From: Lama glama
Taxonomy: Eukaryota
NCBI GenBank assembly: GCA_028534125.1
Contig: CM052816.1
Coordinates: forward strand, 36,892,001 to 36,956,000
DNA length: 64,000 bases
Direction: 5' to 3'
In this document: one piece after another, positions 50,736 to 64,000 of the stretch
Layout: each line of letters opens with the position of its first letter
How positions within the stretch are numbered: the first letter of the stretch is position 1
The notes under the pieces: generated by a model
Seen by the model: only the letters and a program-made list of their open reading frames with translations
The model's database searches: none
Told to the model about the DNA's origin: nothing
Program-made: the position numbers and the translations under genes

Positions 50736-53427
50736 AAAGTGTATATTATATTCCCTAAGTCAATTCCTTTTTCAATAAAGTATGAGACTTATACAAAGCT
50801 TTTAAAATGTAGAACCTCCTTTTTTCAATTTCTCCTCCTGTTAGTTTTTTTGTACTCTTTGTATTTGGCTATATTTCCATATACTCAGATATTCCAAACA
50901 TCATCATGATACAATGTATAAAGTTCAATCTCAGCATGGTATTTTCAAATTTGAAGAAAGAAAACTCTGAACAAATGATTCTTCACATAAGATTTTATCC
51001 TATATTGAAGTTAAGGGTTGTCTTGTTGAGTGAAAATCAACAAATGTTGAGAGCTCAGTACATATAAAGTAAGTTGAAAAATAACAGTTGTCAATGGCAG
51101 ACTTGAAATTGCTCAAAGGCATTTTCTAGATTAGATCATCAGTTTTAATACGATTCCTTCTGTTGTTTTTTTTTTTTTCCTTTCTTCACTTGGGAAATAT
51201 TTATTGTTGTGAAACAATATGCTGAGCTCAGGAAACCCCTGCAAGAGGATTGTCAACCTTCTAGCAAATGCTTTTTGACACTGCTTTCTGGTCTAGTTAT
51301 TCTACAAATATCTAATTATACTTTGAATTGACTATTATTTTAATTTGCAGAAAAGAGTGTAATTATTCAGGTAGAGCATAGAGAATGTCACAAGCACCCC
51401 TGTTTTCATCATTTTATTTATTTATTTATTTTTTATGTTCTACAAAGTTCTGAATTTTTACATAAGGAAAGATCCTCACCTATATTAATGCATAATAGTA
51501 AAATACATTAGTTACTGAAGAAGAATAATTTGCATCTATACTCAGAGTTCAGAAGATTTTCCCCACCTCTGCTCTTCCTGTGCAGGCCAATATCATAGTG
51601 TCTTCATCCTCCCAGTTTGGCCCAGCTTGACTTTGGGGTATTGCTCTTTTTCCAGTTGTAACCAAGCAGATTAGCTTTGGTTAAGTGTTTGGACTTAACA
51701 CTCATATTCTCTTTGACTTTTGATTAATTCCTGATGACAGCCAAATGACCTGAGAGGTTCATGTACTGACACAACTGCCTAAGTGATACAGAATGCTAGA
51801 ATCTTGGTGCCAATATCCACAGCACTTTATTATCACTGTTCCCACCCTCACCTGAATGTTGATCATTCCACGGGAGATTTGTAACCTGAATAATACAATT
51901 TGTTGAAAAACTTCTACCTGCTAGTGAATTAAACTCTGCTTTGAAAGTAGTTGGATATAGTGAACATTTAGCTAAGTTTTGTCATTTTAAGCACTCATAG
52001 AATGTCAGTGAAAAGTTTACATTATTTTCTTTCCTTTTTTTTTGGTCTGCTTTAAAATTTCACCATGTTATGATGTCTCTGGGAAGAAGTTAACATTTAT
52101 TGGACCCTATGCTAGATGTGTTTTGCCCACTTGCCCTGCCTGCATAAAACTCCCTTGACAGCGAGGGTAGAGTCCACAGTAGACTTAAAATGAGGGACAC
52201 TAATTTGATTTTTGCTTATTCCCTTCACCTAGAGACAGCCCTCATCATCAGGATAACGAAATAAGTGTGATTCTGGAGCTGGAACATTCAATCCAGTAAC
52301 TCAGTACAGCAGTGTCACCTAAGACATCACCGCAGCTAGTCTTGCCTAAGGCTTGCAGAATTAGCATTTTCTGAACTTATGTGAGGAGACTCAGGTCTAG
52401 AAAAAAGAAAATTTTCAGAAATTTCTATCATTCTTTAGTATATTTCCTCCCTTTCAAATGTTAGCCTCTTTATGTAGCATATTTTCTGCAATGTTCTTCT
52501 TCAAGTCTTTCTTTGCTTGTTAATGCCAGATACTTGGTCAGGAGCATTACAACTTGTTAGTTTAACTCTCCTTTCACTTATACTTTACAGTGTAAAAATG
52601 TAAATGAAGGCTCATACCAGGTGAATTAAATTTACCCTTTTAGCCTAAAAGTAAACAGTTAGTACCTTAAAAAAGTCACTTAAATCTCAGTCATTTTTAG
52701 TTAACAATGGACTTTTACATAAGCCCCTTTTTAATTTTTAATCCCATAATAATTCTGGGATTTTTTTCCAAAGTAGCTGTGATTATTTCTATTTTTAATG
52801 AAAGAAAGTGAACATCGTATAATTGAAGTGCTTTCTGATCCACCCTTGAGTCCAGTGGGTGTTATTATTTTTACCATGCCATTATATAGTAGTATGTATA
52901 GCTAAATGCCCCACCTTGTGTTTTTCCTTAAGGGCTTCCACTGGGTCTGGTTGGAGGTGAGACTTAGGATGCGGCTTGTAATACGTATTTATGAATGAGT
53001 TCTAAATATAATAAACAGAGTTGGCTAAAGGTACCAGCTAGTAAGTGACAGAAATATTATTTTAGTTTGGTTTTCCAACTGTAAGTTTTGATCTCTTTTC
53101 ACTAAAATATCTTTCCCACATAAACCTATAATTAGGCAACAAGTTAATTAGGTAAAACCTCTGCATTAAATGACACATGCTTTCTACAAGCTAGATCACC
53201 AAGTGACAATAGCAGTGAGATAAACAGCAGGGCCTAGCTCCTTATCTGTAAAAGCACTGAATCCACAAGTTACACCTCTGAAAGTGCAAATGTGTGGAAC
53301 CAAAGGACATTATATTTCAAATATGAATCTAGTATTTTTCATTAGAAAGAGAAACAGAAGTGAGAGAGAGACTGGGTGGGGGAGTTTATAACTATTTGAT
53401 CAAGGCTATTTTCTGTATGTTTACAAC

Positions 53428-53490
53428 CTTAGGGCTGAAATGAAACTTACAAAGCCATCTGGTCCAGCCCTCTGCCTTGAGGCAGAAATG
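53428..53490. mobile_element. Possible CR1/L3 or MIR3 terminal fragment
   Basis: ttagggctgaaatgaaacttacaaagccatctggtccagccctctgccttgaggcag resembles the CR1/L3 3' motif; short. Confidence 0.35.
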
Positions 53491-56261
53491 CATCAGTGAA
53501 ACAGATGAGAATCAATATTGTTTGTTGAGACCACCCCCCCAAGATCATCCCAAGCCTCGCTCATAGCCTTTGACTCTTTTCCTTGTGGCTATATGAGATG
53601 GTCGAAATCCATATGGTTTTCTGAAGCCTTGAGGTTCCTTCAGAGAAATATTTTAAAAAGCTTCTGAAACAAATCAGCCCCCTCTAAGATCATTGATCAC
53701 AGGTCTAGAGATTACTTTAAAGTACTCAAATTGGAAAGAACCACATAATTTAATATTTTTTAAAAACCAAACACTAAATCATTAGCATACTTAAGTTGAA
53801 ACTGCTCAAATAACGTTACTATTAAAATGGCATAATCATTTAGTAAAAGAGATCTACTATCTAATGCTTGGTAGAAAAAAATGTAATGGCTATAATTTTG
53901 TTGGTAGTTTAGTGTAGGGAAACTTTGAAAGAAAAGAAGTTTCCTCTTTATTATGGTAAATTTTTTTCCATGTGGGGTAGGTCAGAAAAAAAAATAACTT
54001 TGAAAAAACAGGTAAAATGTTTAAAAATAACAACAAAAGTCACGAATAATACATAATTGCTATTTATAAAACTTATTGGTAGACAGCATATTTAAGGAAC
54101 TCATATTTACATTAAGTCCTAATTAATGATGAATTATTCTGAGACCCTGAGCTAAGATTATCTTTATGCTCTATATGTCATACATATTTCCTAAGTTAAA
54201 AATTAATATATCTTTACTACTTTTTTCTTTTCTATGTTGTAATACTATTATTCTTATTTTAATTCTTATTTTAATTTTAAAACGGAATTCTACTTTTCCA
54301 TTTTATCAACTCACTTTCCTATAACACATGCAAATGTTAAAGACTTACTATATTTTACTGCATACATATTTGCCAAATTAATTATGTAATAAATGGATTG
54401 TATAACTTAAATTTGTTAATTTTTACAGGTTTTTTTTGTTTTTTTGTGTTTTGCTGTAACAGTCTTTATAGTGTTTGAAACCATCTTTAACAGGCTTACT
54501 TCAGATAACTTATAACACAAGCTATAGATTAATATGTAGGATCCTATAATGCATTCAAAGTTTACAAATATTTTTATTGCTTTTGATTTTTGCATGCTAA
54601 TTTTCTTTAATTTATGATTTTTTTATAAACTCCATTTTCTTTGGATAATTTTACTTTGTTTTTTTCAAGATGACGGTATTCAAACATATATAAAAATAAA
54701 TAAGAGAGTATAAAAAAACCTCACCATATCCACTATTGATCATTAACCTAAATAATTATCAACATGTATTTATATTTTTCATAATTCCTCTCCAAATGTA
54801 GTATTATATTACAACAAATAATAGGTATAATAACTATCTTCCTTATAATACTTAGAATTTTTGAAGTAACTTGATTTCTCAAGTTTCAAAATGATATTTT
54901 CATGAAGATTGATATGCTCTAAATAACTCAGTTCATCAAGAAAACATGCTATTCCTAGAACTGACAATGTGATTGTAAGCAAGAAATAAAAATCATCAAG
55001 ACACCTGGACAATTCTGAGGCAGATTGTCATGATCATATCCTGTGCAATTAGATTAGAAATGCAGATGGAATTTGTGGACCATAGGTATCTACTAAGCAG
55101 GCAGGAATATAATGTAGATTTATTTGAGGAATTTATTGTGTGCACACCACATCAATGTCATTTAGATAAAAATAATAAGGAATAGGTATTTGATAAACAC
55201 TCGTATCCACTTATATAAATTTGAGAAAATCCTAGCAACTCATCAACAAGGAATAGAGGAAGAAAGTTAAAATTTCATGGCATAGGGAAATTAAAGCAAA
55301 ACAGCTTTCAAAAACTGTCCCAGAGAGAAAACTAAGAATTTAAAAATTTAGAAGAATTAGTATGTATAATTAGTTTATACTGAGATAACCAGTTAAATGG
55401 AAGAAAACAAAACTGTAAAACATATTTTGAATATTAGAGACAACATAAAACAGTATTTTTTTAAAATAGTGATTTTGGAAAACCTCTAGTGTTCCATTTG
55501 TTCCTCTTGTTTGTTCTTTGACACAATTCAGCCTAGGCAACTGCGGCATCTCTCACCACTCCCAGTGATGCTCAAATGTAATGAGAGTTGGGTCTGTAAA
55601 TTACTGGTCTCAGTGTAGTGGCATCTCCACCTGGGGATACAAACTGTAGTATCACAGTACAAAAGTGATGTTTTAATACAAACCTTGAAGAAAGTAAAAA
55701 CAAGACCCAACTTAGACAAATTTCTTAATGTGCAGGGGACATAGCATTATCAATACATTTAATAATTTAAGTATAATTTCACAAACATGCATATTATCGA
55801 ATGACTAGAAATCTACATTTTTAACACAGTGATATTGCAAAGAGAGGTATTTCTATATGCTGCAGCTGGTATCACAAACTAACAACCAGGTGTTCTCAGT
55901 TCTAGTGATTAAAATGTCTAAAAGATTTTCTCAGTAAAATGACCCATGAATATATGCTGGTTTTTTCAAAAGTGAATTATGTTGTGACCAAGACATCTTT
56001 CCAAAAGGAATTATGAAAAGTGCTCTGCAATTTTGAAACAACCAATAACCTAAAGTTCATTGATTTCTGTAACACTTTTGATATCCATCCCTCCCCTCTT
56101 TAATTAGGCTTATTCAGGGAAGCTATAATCTCTTTTAATGAAGTCTTATTTTGAGGATTGAAAGGGAAATCCATGGAGGAGATTAAATGTTGACTCAATG
56201 ATTGGACTCTTAGAATATAGTGGCATTTTTCTCTTTCTTCATCTATTTTTTTTTATTTCAG

Positions 56262-56411
56262 ATGTTGTAGGTGGAATAATTTGTGGGAATTAAGGTGCTC
56301 CTGGGTAAACTTCCTATGAAAAAATGTGATCTCTTACCTTACTCATTTTATCTTTTGGCCCATACTGAAATTTAAGAGACTTATTTAAATCCTAATCCTG
56401 GCGAAAGGAAG
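56262..56411 (+). other. Candidate non-coding exon (150 nt), plus strand
   Basis: Long polypyrimidine acceptor tttttctctttcttcatctatttttttttatttcag| and donor GGAAG|gtgagg; stop codons in all three frames. Confidence 0.35.
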
Positions 56412-56544
56412 GTGAGGTTTTATGTAAGACAAATAATAATAATTTATTTAGTTCAAGTTCTAATGTATATGCACATCTAATCTATATATGCATTATATAT
56501 TCTATATGCATATATATATATAATGCAGTGTGTGTGTATACCAA

Positions 56545-56660
56545 TATACATTTACAACAACACTGCAAAACTATTATTATCCTTATTTTCCAGATGCAAA
56601 CACAAAAGCTTAGGAAATTAAGTAACTTGCTCAAAACCATGTCCCCTTTAAGTGGTAGAT
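56545..56660 (-). mobile_element. MIR SINE fragment
   Basis: tacaacaacactgcaaaactattattatccttattttccagatgcaaacacaaaagcttaggaaattaagtaacttgctcaa. Confidence 0.8.
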
Positions 56661-57832
56661 ACATATTGCTGAAAGGTGTTTATATATTTAAAGGGATTTT
56701 GTATATTTCTAATTGTTGAGTAGTTGTTATGCTAATTAATGTTATGCCATATAAATTATTATTTAAAATATCATCTATAAAATCATTAGAATGTACAAGT
56801 GAACTAATTGAAAAAAATCTCAATTCCTGGACAAGATATGGTCCTTAATATCCTTTTCAAAATTAAGGTGCATTGTCAAGCCAAATTTGATATTAATTAT
56901 GGTAAATATGGTTAGAAATTTTTCTACCCTTTATTCTAATTTTACATTTAAATTATATTACACCAGTTTTATTATGCATGCATATTTTATTGCACTTTTC
57001 TTACATCTTTTTGAGAAGGTGTGTGGTATATATAAATATATATTAAATTAGAATAGGTTTTAAATATTCTGTCTTTATTTTTTAAGAAAAATTAAGTGGT
57101 CAGAACAGTTTTTGCCACTAGATTAGTCTCAAATAGATTATAATGAAGGCTTTTTAAGGAGATCTTTTGCCATATCTGCAACTACTTTCTAATCAAGTGT
57201 CACTATACAAACATGCCATTTTAAAACTATGCTTGGCATTTCTTTTCACAATAAAAGTGTGAATCATTTATATCTGAACCACAATGCATACGCTTCATAT
57301 AAAAGCCTTTAAAAATTACACTTCTAAAAAGTTTTCTTAATGGAAATATGCATCCCTTTATAATTAACCAAAACTACAACAAGTTAAAGTACTGATTGTG
57401 AAGGCAAAATAACACTAATCTATAATTATAATCAAGAATAGCAGCAACTGAAAACCATAGCCAACTCAAGACAAAATTTTTATGGTATATAAGAGCCACA
57501 AGAGAATTCTTCTTTAAATTCAGAGTAAGTCATAAAAATGTACTCATATACTTTCTAAATTTCAGTGGATCTTAGTCATTTATTTAATAATTTACTGGTT
57601 GTACATAAAAACAAAATTATATGGTATTTTCTGTCATATGTACTACAAAAAATGAAAAATAAAAATGACTTCAATGTTAAGCTCAGTAACCCCAATAGAA
57701 GAGCACTTGTTAGTCTAGACTAGGTTCATATTATAAACATCACTACTAGGAGACAAAACTACCAAACCAAGCAACAAAGCAAAACAAAACAGTATCCTTC
57801 AAAACTCCGGTTGTCAGCATTATTTGGCACTT

Positions 57833-58833
57833 ACTTATTTATTGAAGTATAGTGGATTTAAAATATTATATTAGTTTCAAGTGTACAACATAGTGATTTA
57901 ATATTTTAATAGTTTATACTCCATTTAAAGTTATTAGGTAACAAGGGCTATATTTCCCTGTGCTGTACAACATATCATTGCTTGTCAGTTTTATATATAG
58001 TAATTTAAATCTCTTAATCTCATATCCATATCTTGCCCCTTTCCATTTCCCTCTTCCCACTGATAACCACCAGTTCATTTTATCAGTATGTTTCTGTTTT
58101 GTTATATACATTCCTTTGTTTAATTTGATTTCACATAAAAGTAATAACTTAGAGTATTTGTCTTTTTCTGTCTGACTCATTTCATTAAGCATAATACTCT
58201 CTAGGTCCATCTACATCATTGAAAATGGCAGAATTTCATTCTTTTTCATGACTGAGTAATTTTCCTTTATACATATACCACACTTTCTTTATCCATTCAT
58301 CTGTTGATGGGCATGTAGGTTGTTTCCATATTTTCACTGTTATACATAATGCTGATATGAACATTGGGGTGTATGTATCTTTTCAAATTAGTATTTTCAT
58401 TTTCTTTGGATATATACCCAGGAGTGGAATTGCTGGATCATATGCTACTTCTATTTTTGGTTTATTGAGAAACAACAATACTGTTTTCCATAGTTGCTTT
58501 ACCAATTTACATTCCCACTAATGATGTGTAAGAATCCCCTTTTCTAAAGAACAGGGTCCTATTGTATAGCACAGGGAACTATATTCAATGTATTATAATA
58601 ACCTGTAATTATAAGGAATATTAAAATGAATGTATATATGTATAACTGGATCACTATGCTGTACACCAGAAACTAACACATTTTAAATCAACTGTATTTC
58701 AATTTCTCCCCATCCTCACCAACATTTGTTATTTGTAGACTTTTTGATGATAGCTAAGTTGACAGGTGTGAGGTGATGTCTCATTATGGTTTTGATTTGC
58801 ATTTGTCTAATGATTACCAATGTTGAACACTTT
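57833..58833 (-). mobile_element. L1MA9-like LINE-1 3' end, interrupted by an antisense L1 tail
   Basis: ttattgaagtatagtggatttaaatattatattagtttcaagtgtacaacatagtg; ORF 57914-58210 (MDLESIMLNEMSQTEKDKY) is the ORF2 end; gacaggtgtgaggtgatgtctcattatggttttgatttgcattt. Confidence 0.93.
58546..58702 (+). mobile_element. Nested 157-bp cetartiodactyl-type L1 3' tail
   Basis: acagggtcctattgtatagcacagggaactatattcaat...tatgctgtacaccagaaactaacaca; splits the host motif cccttttct/ccccatcctcacc; tttct at 58541-58545 and 58703-58707. Confidence 0.88.
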
Positions 58834-59019
58834 CAATTTAACTCCTATATATTAATGTTATTGCTTGAGTATCTTTCTTCCTAAAGATAAAAATGTAACT
58901 ACACAAATACCTGTGTTTAGTAGATGATACTGATATAATTTTTAGTGGCAAAATATAGACATTAGAAGATCACAGATGATCTTCTGCTATTAAACATACA
59001 TTCCTGTAGTTATGAATTA

Positions 59020-59250
59020 ATTAGTATAATGGTTGAATGATCTGGATTGCCTAGGTTCAAATGCCATTTCCTCAGATTACTAATTGTTACTCTATCTCTC
59101 TAATTCTTCATTTTCTCATCTTTGGGGAATAACAGTAATATCCATCTCCCGAAATTTCTGTGAATATTAAATGGGATAACATGTGTATATTGTTTTACAT
59201 GATATGTGGCACATATTAAAAACTCAAGTATTTTTCCCCATTGTTAATTA
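59020..59250 (+). mobile_element. MIR SINE
   Basis: agtataatggtt...ttgcctaggttcaaatgcc...ttttctcatctttggggaataacagta...gtgaatattaaatgggataacatgtgta...tggcacatat. Confidence 0.8.
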
Positions 59251-60842
59251 TTATTTTGTGTGATAGTGTAATTATTTTCTACTAGTGTGTGAAAAAAAAT
59301 CAGAAAAACTGTCTAAAGTTTCCACATTAAAAGAATGAATGCATCTTCCTGCTCATTGAAAATCTTTGTTTAAACATCATGCCACATTAAGGAATTGATA
59401 TATTTTTTAAATCGGTTGATTCTGCCCTTGTTTTGAATTAGAATTTATAAAAGAGATCTTAACATGTTTCTTCAGTGAGAAAGAGATGCTAATCATTCAT
59501 TCAATTGTTGAATATTCCAAAAGCTTTTCTAGTGGTTTTAGATGATCCATGAACAATATTTAGAGCACAAACATGCCAGGCAGATATAAATGCAGAATAT
59601 CACCTTTTCTTTCTCATTCACTCACATAGGCACACACACACACATATATTCTTAAATATTTTGATAAAATTCTACATCAATTCCAAGAAATAAAGGGAAA
59701 CATAATCATACAATAATAGTTTCTTCTCAAATGAGATAATTTCTCAGAGAATGAATGAATTTATGTTTCTAGTGCAAATTAAAAACTTAGAAGTTTTTAC
59801 TTAGAATAATACCTCATCCAGACAGTATATTTACTGGCACATATTTCTGAGTGGATCTATAAACAGCATTTTTTCAAATTTATTGTTAGCATTTAGTTTA
59901 GTAAGGCTTTGTATTCATGGTGATTTTCTTCCTATGGTGAGAATAATCAATGATAATAAAACCACTAGCACAATGCTTCTCATATAATACATTTTCTATA
60001 TATCAATAAAAGACTGAATAATTTGATAAGAATATCCATCAGAGGAGACCATTTTTCCTTGGAAAGAGGTAACCACACTTTCTTGATATAGAGACTATAT
60101 ATTAAAATTTGTAATTACAAGTTAATATCCCTTTATTATTAAAAGGGAAAGTAATATATTTAGTTATATTTTGTTTATTTCCAAACCTCTTAGGCCATTT
60201 GGATTACTCATCACAAATTTAACATAATCTTTTGAATATAAGATAGAAAATTGGAAACAATTATAAAACATAGGGTGGATTTGATATAATTACATAATCT
60301 TAAATTTCAGGAAGTTGTATTTGTTCTCTAATTTATGAATAATGGAAGTGACTACTAAGTAGATAGAATGTCAGTGGTCACTTACTCCATATGTTCCCAA
60401 ATGATGGTCAAATGGACTGCTGCAGTGTTATTGTATAAGAATTACCTCAAAAAATTAGGGGAACTCAATCATGGTGAATACTTAATAGCTCTGCAATGGA
60501 ATCTAAAAATCTATATATTTTACTTATATCAGGTTCTTCTAAAAAGAAAGGAAAAGGAAGGTAAACAGTCCAACAAATATTTTTAACATGTAAGAAATCT
60601 AGAACTCCAAGACATTAGGTAACTTCTTCAAATTCATGAAACTACCATGGAGCAGGATCATAGCTAGAAACAATTGATCTTCTGATTCATAATCTTATTA
60701 TACCTCCCCATAACAACATATTATCACTATATCTCTTCCAAAGCTAATATTTATGTTATATTCCAATGCATGCATCTTTCTATTTATAAAACAAGTACAT
60801 TAGAAAGAAAGAAAGAAGTCCCTGGAAAACAAGGAGTGTTTC

Positions 60843-61606
60843 TTTTTTTCTCCCCAGCCTTATTGGGATCTGTTGACATACAACATTGTATAAGTTAAGA
60901 TGTACAAGGAGATAGTTTGAAATATGTATGTATTTTGAAATAATTACCACAGTAACTCTATCCAAAACATCCATCACCTCATTCATTGATTCTATGAGTT
61001 TGGCTCTTGATTCCACAAAGAAGTAAAAGCATATTGCTTGTTTCTCTCTGTCTGACTTATTTAACTTAGCATAATGCCTTCAAGATTCATCTGTCTTATT
61101 AGACATGACAGAATTTCCTTTTTTATAGTTGAATAATATTCCGTTGTGTATATATACCATTTTTTTCTTTATTCGTCCATCAGTGGACACATAGGTTGTT
61201 TCCATTTCTTGGCTATTGTAAACAATGCTACAGTGAACACAGGAGTGTAGATATCTCTCTGTGATACTGATTTCTTTCCCTTTTGAAATATAACCAGAAG
61301 CAGGATTTCTGATCATAGGCTAGCCTCAATTTTATTTTTTTAAGAATGTCCATATTGTTTTTCACAGTGGTTGCACCAATTTACATTCTCATGTCTTTTT
61401 GATGATAGCCATTCTAAAAGGTGTGAGGTGATAGTTCATCGTGGCTTTGATTTGCACTTCCCAGATGATAAGTGATGTTCAGTACCTTTTCATGTACCTG
61501 TTGCCCACTTGTATGTTTTCTTTGGAAAAACATCTATTTAGGTATTTTGCCCATTTTTTAATCAGATTTGTTTTGTTTTGTTTTTTTGCTATTGAGTTGT
61601 GTGAGT
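60843..61606 (-). mobile_element. L1MA-type LINE-1 3' end
   Basis: cagccttattgggatctgttgacatacaacattgtataag...ttaacttagcataatgccttcaagattcatc...gatagccattctaaaaggtgtgaggtgata...gctattgagttgtgtgagttc. Confidence 0.92.
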
Positions 61607-62189
61607 TCAACAAGAGTGTTTTTTAACACTTCATATCACTGATGCTGAGGAAAAACAATGTTAAATAAATAAATTCATAGATTTTCACATGGAGTTAAAC
61701 TACTATATCAAAGATATTATTATAGAAAGAAAATGAGTCCAATAGTACTAGAACATCATCTGGAGTTAGCTGGCATATCAGACTTATAATGGTTTGTTGG
61801 TGTGTGGGGTGTGGGAGATTAGTTGTAGTAGCATGTTATGTTTGAAAGTTCCCAAGTGATTTTGATAGGACCCCACTGAACAAGGCTTCTGTTCTCTTCT
61901 TTGAAAATCATTGATTCAAAAGCAGATGCTTTATTTTAGAATCATGTGAACAGAGGCAATAGAAATAGAGTTTTCTGAGCACACTTTCCTAAGTTAATCA
62001 AGGCTAAGGATTTTTATCTTGCTATTTATTCCATAAACTGTGCGTCTCCAATTTATGAATTCTATACTATGATGCTCAAATGCATTTTTATAAAGTTTTA
62101 ATTTCTTCACTGTACACTGGAGATCTTGTGCTTAGTTACTGATTGTGTTCCTTTCAAGTAGAAACTACTAATACTTTGAATTGTCTTTG

Positions 62190-63292
62190 TCCGTTGTTTT
62201 GTCTTCTCAGACCCTTTCCCCATTTCACTGTATATACTCTTCCTTGGTAAGCTCATCTACTTCCTTAGCATGTTTAAATTGATAAAATATTTTTCTGTAA
62301 CTCAAGGTTAAATATCTCCTAAGCTTTAGACATATACTTTAAAACAAATTTTATATAGTTCAACTTGGATATCCCAGACATGATTCTAACTCAACCTGTC
62401 TAAAACAAAACTCATCAACTTCCTTCTATGAATGGTTTGCTTTTGAATTTTCTATTCCAGTCACCAGTACCATCATCCATCTTGCATCTTGTTTATTAAA
62501 ACAGAAACATGGTATTTCCTAGAAATGCTACATACTACCCCAGATATTTCCAGTGAATACCCATGTATTGTATCATACCATCCTTAAAGTTCTCTTTTGA
62601 CCTAAAGGCAAATCCAAACTTCAAAACAGGGCTGCTGAGGGTCTTTATTAATTTGATCTTATTAATTTCTTCATTCTTTCTTCTTGATATATGCTCACGT
62701 GTTTTTCTCTACTCAGAAAACTCCACCTTCCTCTACGTCACAGGCAGTTCATGTCTTCTCCTTAATCTCCTGTAACCTTTAGCATTCAATATTAGCTACC
62801 GCTTCCTCCAGGCAGACTCCCTTTGATGCAAATGTTTGGTTAGATGTCTATTCAGTACACTAAAAGCATTCTATTGTAATTAGCACTTTATTGGTCAGGA
62901 TCTTCAAATGTGCTCAAATAAAACATGCTTAAAAGAACAATCTTGTTCTAAATGTAATTCGTGGCCCATTGCCAGTCTACAAGTAGAAGTAGGTAAAGAA
63001 GTTGAAAGTAAGTGTTTGGAAGCTCTTTTAGCAATTTGTCAGAGTAATCTTATATTTGATGGATATAATAATGAAGAATTTGGCCTTGTACTTCTATTTC
63101 ACTTATCTGGTAATTCATTTTCACTGTGTCATAAAAAAAAATTAGTCAATGATAGTTTGGGAATCACTGCAATTGAAGCAGGGACGTTGTGGCCTATGTC
63201 TGTTCATTGCAGTACTATAGCGCCAGAACCCAATGCAGAACTTGTGCTCATAGTAGTTAAGTTATGTTTGCTGATTTAGTGAATGAATGAAA
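62190..63292 (+). mobile_element. Fragmented L2 3' region
   Basis: tatactcttccttggtaagctcatctacttcc, aactcaacctgtctaaaacaaaactcatc, cttcctccaggcagactccctttga, gcagggacgttgtggcctatgtctgttcattgc...gtgaatgaatgaa. Confidence 0.75.
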
Positions 63293-63837
63293 ATATTATT
63301 GAATATAACTATATACCCAAACCTCACTTAAATTTGGTAACCAATGCTTAAATGAAGCAAACAAGTCAAATCTTGAAAAGCAAGATTATGAAACATAATA
63401 CATCTGAAAAAGCATTTGCTATATTTGGAGAAGCTAACAACTTTCCTGGTTACAAACATTGCTCTAAATATTCATATCAAATAAAACGATTTTGAGGCAT
63501 CTTTTTTCATTTGCAATATTTTTGAGTAACCAATTTTTATCAGAAATTACAAATTCTTAAGAATGTTAAACATTTTAACTGGCGAAAGATATACACTCTG
63601 TTTTCAAGATGGATAAAGACTCTAACTTTTACAATTTTTGTCTTTCTCCTCTGAAGTTTTTTTCTCTAAAATCTCCTTTACCCTCTAAACTCTTCCCTTC
63701 TCTCATCTTTATTTTTTTTCTTATCTTAACCAGAATTTTAGGAAGGAATTTCTTGAGCAGTATTTTCATAAGAAATGAATGCGCCTATGAAGACAGTTCG
63801 CAAATTAACTTTTTTCTGTTAATTTTGTAGTAGATTA

Positions 63838-64000
63838 TGTACTGTTCTATTTAGACCCTGCCTTTATGACTGAGGCACTCGTTTTTAGCTACTGCCAGGG
63901 ATTCTAGCTGTTGATAATTCACAGCATATCCACTTGATAGAAACTGGCCTTTGCTGATAAAGGCTGTCTCACTCAAGGATATTTATACTCTTTTCTTGGG
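63838..64000 (+). mobile_element. LTR16-like ERVL LTR, left part (runs off the window)
   Basis: tgtactg...gactgaggcactcg...agctactgccagg...gctgttgataattcacagc...gctgtctcactcaagg resembles the recalled LTR16A start. Confidence 0.55.

Noticed and set aside
51852..51885. 34-nt minus-strand exon candidate (ttgtattattcag|...CAG|gtgagg)
   Set aside because: Good donor but weak polypyrimidine tract and very short; not distinguishable from chance without RNA data.
56489..56527. 12-bp inverted repeat tgcattatatat/atatataatgca
   Set aside because: Embedded in (TA)n low-complexity sequence, which is intrinsically self-complementary.
62908..63279. 123-aa ORF
   Set aside because: Lies between and overlaps L2 fragments; no recognisable domain or exon structure.
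1..64000. CRISPR array, tRNA/rRNA genes, CpG-island promoter, intact transposase or retroviral genes, non-retroviral endogenous viral element
   Set aside because: No regular repeat-spacer array, RNA-gene signature or CpG-rich block was seen, and no ORF exceeds 123 aa. A very degraded viral fossil cannot be excluded without tBLASTn against viral proteins.

Overview
AT-rich, CpG-poor mammalian genomic DNA that looks like a large intron or gene desert. It is densely filled with interspersed repeats: LINE-1 of several ages, L2, MIR, ERVL/MaLR and ERV1 solo LTRs, and hAT DNA-transposon remnants. The youngest L1 3' tails resemble cetartiodactyl and especially camelid L1s, and I see no Alu, B1/B2, Bov-B/Bov-A, PRE1, CanSINE or ERE SINEs, so a camelid or related artiodactyl is my tentative guess. 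No protein-coding gene can be confirmed. The supplied ORFs are decayed L1 ORF1/ORF2 pieces or chance ORFs. The best non-repeat signals are two minus-strand exon candidates with strong splice sites (12482-12540 and 1950-2037) that join into one open 49-codon frame, one non-coding plus-strand exon candidate (56262-56411), and an mRNA-3'UTR-like insert (~31042-31543, tentatively PTGES3-like). Several L1s keep both ends but are internally collapsed. Repeat-family names come from recall of consensus sequences, not from a database search. I cannot support a claim of a new biological system from this sequence alone.
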